From a virus, in the IMG/VR virus record IMGVR_UViG_3300003154_000682, positions 10,354 through 74,353 of that record: DNA of 64,000 nt. The stretch is one strand, 5' to 3'. The notes beneath the pieces are model-generated. The model worked only from the letters and a program-made list of their open reading frames with translations, had not been told where the DNA came from and did no database searches. Position numbers and translations under genes: made by a program. Below are positions 12,001 to 18,000 of this stretch, piece by piece. Each line of letters opens with the position of its first letter. The stretch's first letter is position 1.

Positions 12001-15000
12001 GTTTGGTACTGGAGGAAAAATAGCAGATTGGATAAGTAACTTCTTTAAACCTTCAGCAGATACTTCAGCTCCTGTTACACTTAATGGAAATGAGCCAGAT
12101 AAAGCAGAGCCACAACCTTCTGGATTTATGGATAAAATTAAAAGTTTTACTGATACTGGATTTGGTGACATATCATTTGGAGATATTAAGAATATGTTCA
12201 AATCCATGGAAGGACCTACACCAGTTAGTTCTGAAGCAACTAAAACCATAGGAATCTTAGCCACGTCTGGAGGAGAGGAGGGTGCATCTAAAGATTTAGG
12301 TGAAAGTTTTGTGAGTCCTATAGTTAGTGGTCTTGAAAAACTTGGTTCCATCTTGGAACAAATATTAGGGAAGGGAGCTATGATCCCCTCTTCTGAAGAA
12401 GCACCTTTAACTAGAGCTTCAGGTGGTCCTATATCTGGTCCAGGCACTGGTACGTCAGATAGTATACCAGCAATGTTATCTGCTGGAGAATTTGTTGTTA
12501 AGACCGCTTCAGTAAATAAAGTAGGTAGATCTATATTGAATCATATAAATGCTTTTGGAGCTATACCTAAATTTGCTGGAGGAGGCGAAGTTGATGAGGA
12601 CGATAAAGATAAGTTTAGATCCTCCCATTATTATACAGCAGAAGGCGAGGAGATAACTAGAGAAGACTATCAAAAAATGGTTAGAGATAGAGAACTATCA
12701 ATGGAACAATCTAAATCTAATCTAACTGAGTCCAAAACTAAAGGTGACCGTGCAAAGTATTTTACATCCTATGGTAATGGACCTATAAATAGTTATGATA
12801 ATAGGGAAGATTTTCAAAAAGCCAAAGATCAGTATAATGAAAATATTAGTAAATCCCAGACATTGGATAAATCAGCATCTGTTGGAACAAGAATAAATAA
12901 TCCATTTTCAAGTCTTGGGCAATATAGATCTAAAGAAGGTATGAATGCTGATAGTTCCAAAATAGCACATTCTGATGACAAAAAAGCTATAAGTAGAAGT
13001 GTTGACACATCTCTACCGGAACGCCAGCCCGCTTTCAAAGACGTAATAGATTCTACTAAGACACCTGAGACTGCTGCTATAGTAAGTGATTTATTAACAT
13101 ATCCAAGAGACACACAACAAGCTCATAGTTCTTATTTGTTATCGTCACATAAACCTACTATAGTTCCAGAAGATAGCGTAGCCAATACTTTTGAAACTAT
13201 TGGAAGAGGTATAAGAACTGGTTATGATTCTATAGGTAATGCAGCTACGGCTGTAGATAGTGCTATTTATCGCGGAACAAAAAATGCTATAGAAGTTGGA
13301 GAAGAAGTAGCTAGGGATCCTGGTAAAGCTCTTAATACAGCTGCGGATTTCTATGGAATTGATAAAGCCATTAAATCAATAGATAGTCTAATTTATCATG
13401 GTACAAAAAAAGCTTTAAAATTTGGATCAGAAGCAGCTGGAACTGTTACTGAGATAGCTAAAGACCCTGGTAAAGCCCTCAATAAAGCAACCGATTTCTA
13501 CGGTATTGATAAAGCCATAAAATCTATAGATAGTTTAATTTATCGTGGTACAAAGAGAGCAATCGGTATGGTAGAAAATCCTATGGATGATGAATTTCTT
13601 AGTTTAAGAAGTAAGATGGAGAAGACTAAAACACTTTGGAAAGATGTCAATAACGTTTATGATAAGGTAATGGGTGTTGTTGCTCACCCTTTGACTTGGG
13701 AAAAACCTTTGATGGAAAATATGTCTGATCCCTTCACCAATGAGCTTAAACGTTTTCCAGATTTCTTTTTTGACAGGGACTTTACCAGAAGTATGGGAAA
13801 GGGACTTGGAAAAGGTATAGGCAATACTGAATTGTTTGACTATATGTCCAATTATAAAAAACAACATAAAACTCCAGATAAATTATTTGGTAAATATTTA
13901 AATAGAGCTACTGACTGGACAGCTTCTGGTCAGATAGCTAATATTGAGGCTTTAGCTCATATAGGTTCTGGAGCTGTAGCGGGAGCCGCTTCTGGAATAG
14001 GTGGATTATCCACGTTAGCATTATCTAAAATGGGTTTCATGTCTGGCGACGCGTTAGACAATGCTAGTAAAACACAAAATATGCTATCTGATAGTGGTAC
14101 ATATACACCAAGATTTGCTCCTAAAAAATCTAAAATGGTTTCAGATATAATTGCTGCCCCTGCCGGAGCTTTAGGAGAAGTTGGAACATTGATGGGTAAC
14201 AGAGTGGCTGAAGTCTCAGGATCTGATACGATGGGGGCTCTTACAGCAACAACTATGCAAGCATTACCAATGCTGCTACCATTCGGTAAAGCTATAGCCA
14301 AAGCACCTTTTAGAATGACAGCTGATTTTGGTATAAAAACTCTAAGTAAAATGTCTGACCAACCTACCGCTCTTACTGCTGCCCAAGTCTCAAAATTTAT
14401 GTATGAGATTAATAGTGAATGGACCCCAAATGGTTTTATGGGTAAGACAGTTAAAAAAGGTGTTGGATCCTCCGCTGATTATATATATGAAAAATATGTA
14501 GCAGACGCTACTGAAAAGAAAGCATTTAATCTTAAAAGAAATAAACTTAAGGCAGCAGGGCTTACTTTTGAATCTATACGACAGTTCAATAAAAACGAAG
14601 CCAAAAAACTACACAAAGACCCAAATGATATAACAGGCTATGCTACTGGAGGTCCTATATTTGGGGCTGGTACTGCCACATCTGATAGTATTCCAGCAAT
14701 GGTTTCCAATGGAGAATTTATTGTTAATGCTGCTTCAACTAGAAAGGTTGGTAAATCAACTTTAGAACATATAAATACTTTTGGTTCCATTCCTAAATTT
14801 GCTGAAGGTGGTGAAGTTGATGAAGAAAAGGGTAAAAAAGGTTTTTCTTTTAGTAGAATATTCCGTGATAGTGCAGAAGGTGTGAATAAGGGTGTAGACT
14901 GGTTAAAAAATGAAAGATTAGATTTAGTTAAAAAGGGTACTACACAATCAGGACTTGATTTTACTGGTAATTTATTAAAACAGGGAGCTTTGGCAGGACT

Positions 15001-18000
15001 AGAGATAGGAACACGCGTGGCTAAATCTCCATTAGATACATTAGCAATGGGTGAAGGGGCTATTTCCTATTTAGGAAATAACAGTATCAAAGATATGACG
15101 TCTGACGTTTCTTCTATAGCCTCATCTGCTGGAGATTTTATTTCTAAACGTGGAATTGGTGGAACTTTAAAAGATATTGGTTCTGGTATAGGATCCTCTT
15201 TTATGGAAGATTTAAAAACTGGAGGCACTGGTATAACCGCTGGTATACTGGATGTGTTATCTCCAGGAAAATTCCTTTCCAAAACTTCTGATGCTAAAGA
15301 TTTTAAAAGTCTTGCAGGACTTAAATCACATTTTGATGACCTTGCTAAAGAAAATGAAGTGATGAAGAATATATCTTTTGAGTTTCCTTCAGCTTTAAAA
15401 AGCAGAGGTGAAGCAAAGAGATTAAAATCCCTTATAGATGATTTTTCAGAATACACTTCTAAAGCTCCAGAAGCACAAGGTCTGAATAGTGTATCTCTTG
15501 GAAAATCTGCTAGCAGACGATTACATGGTGAAGAAGCTGGGTTATATGATCAAGGCAATATATATCTCAATTTAAGAGACACAGAATTACCAAGAACATT
15601 TAAACATGAAATAGGGCATCATTTTGACGCAGAGTCTAGAACTGCTAGTGGTTTTGGTTTACTAAAAAAGTCTAAAGGTGAAGACATAGGTGGTCCTTTA
15701 AAACGTTTTGTAAGCAAAAGAGAATCTATAACCGACACCATAAATGATATTGTGGATTCAGGAGATAGTTCTAGATTTGTGTCTAACTATGCCTTTAAAA
15801 CTTTTGAAGACCAAGGGATCACAAGAGGTGCAGAAGAATTATTTGCTGAAGCATATTCCAAAAAAATATCTGCTGTACATGATCCTATTACTCAATTTCG
15901 TAAAGCTACTATCGAAGATCCAGCATTAAATAAAGCTTTTTCTGATCTTTATAAAGACGAGGATTTCAAACTTTTTAGAAGCAAGTCACAAAGATCTGAG
16001 GCATATAATAAAAGAAATTTAGACAATCGTATAAGAGGTTTTGCTGAAGGCGGATTAATTGGTGATGAAGAAGAAAATAAAAGATTGAAAGCCATCGCCT
16101 TAGAACAAGCAAAATCCTCACGTTATTATTCTGCTCAAGGAGATGAATTAAGTGAAGAGGAATATAAGAAAGGTCAATCACAACAGAAAAGGGCAGAAGG
16201 AGATGCTGAATTAACAAAAGTAACTTTATCCCTTAGTCCTCGTATGAGATTATACGCAGAACAAGAAGAATATCGTAAAAGAAAACTTGAACAATTAGAT
16301 GAGAAAATAGCAGAGGCAGGTGTTCCAGATCTTACTACCACAAATCAAAGTGTCCGTCATAAGAGTTTAAACTCTATGCTTGATGGAATAAAATCAGTTA
16401 GTGGTTCTGCAGGAGGAGTCGATGTTTATAGTCCTAATAGAGCACCTATGTATCATCCAGATGCCGATATTTATACGCCAGATGATAAAGGTGGCTACAC
16501 AACAAGTAAACCTACTTCTAATATAGCTTCGATATCTGATGATAAAAAGGTTCGTTATTTTACAGATTACGGTAAAGGCATACAAGAACAACCTAATGTG
16601 GACGCTTTTCATGCAGCAAAAAATGAATATAGAGGATTGCCTACATCCCAAGTAACATCAGCTCCTTCTGATATAGAAAAATTTAAAGTTGCTGAAAAAA
16701 ATATAGCTACTAATGACGCTATGTATAATCAGGCAGGATCGGTTATAGATTTTAAATCCGCAGCTAATATTGGAGGATCTGGTATACAAACTGCAAATCC
16801 ATCTGATAATTTAGATGAATTTCATAGAGGGCTTGATCGTTATAAACAGCTTGGTAAATGGAGTGGAGAAGAAAAGATTCATAAAGGATTTCCAAGTAAT
16901 GCCCCTCCATCATCTGGTGTTACTGCACTTGATACTCTTGGTGAGGTTAATAGTAGAATATCTATATCCGCTAAAGAAAATGACAATAAAAGACTTGAAT
17001 ATGCTATGGGTAGAAAAGCAAATTTTGATAAACGTATAGAAGATAGGAAGTTTGATACAGCTTTTAGCAGATTGCCTTCTGAAAGAGGAATAAGAAGATA
17101 TACTGACGATCCAACAAAGATTGATTCAAGGGGTGTTTCTGAAGGTAGTGGACCAATTCGCTATCAACCTATAATTAACAACAGACGTGAAGATGAGGAT
17201 AAAGCTCATGCTTATAAAGCTAGTGAACATGTGAATCCAAGCGTAGCATTTGATAATCGTACAGCTGGTGGAGAATTTGCTAGAGAAAATAATAAGAAGA
17301 TAAAATCAAATTTAGACTACCAGATGGGTGCAGCATTATTAAACACACCCGCACCATATGATCAATTAAATAGTTTACCTCTTGGTATCAGCCCAGTAAA
17401 AGAAAGCTATGATAAGGCTCAAAGAGCTTTGAAAGACATAGATAAAACAAGTCTTACCGAAGAGCAGAAGGATATAATAAGACAAAATGCTGAAAGAACC
17501 AAACTTGTTTTGATGGACTATCAAAAACATTATGCACAGGGTGATCTTAATGAACATTTAAAGACTAGCAAAACTAAAAAAGAAGCTGAATTAGCTGTAT
17601 ATGGCGGTACGCCACTTTTAAAAGAGGGTGAGGAACTTAGTCTTCGTACAAAAACTAAAGATAAAGGAATATACACAGGACTATCCACACTTGCTATAAG
17701 ACAAATTAGAGCTATAGAAGATAATGAAAAGACTGGTTTAACTAATTCAGTAGCTGCTAGAGACAAGTATCCTCTAGAATTTTATAATCTATATAATGAT
17801 AAATTGGCTTCTGATAAAAGAAAAGAAGTTCAAGATAAAATCAATAAAGAATTTAGTACTCCTACAAAATTTGCTACAATTGGTACTGTAGGGGTTTCGA
17901 CAGCTTCAGGTATTAGTGGAGGTAGACCTAGTCCAGGGGTAAAGACAAAAGAAAAAGAAGAAGATTGGTTTAAGTATATGGTAGGAACAACAAAAGGAGA

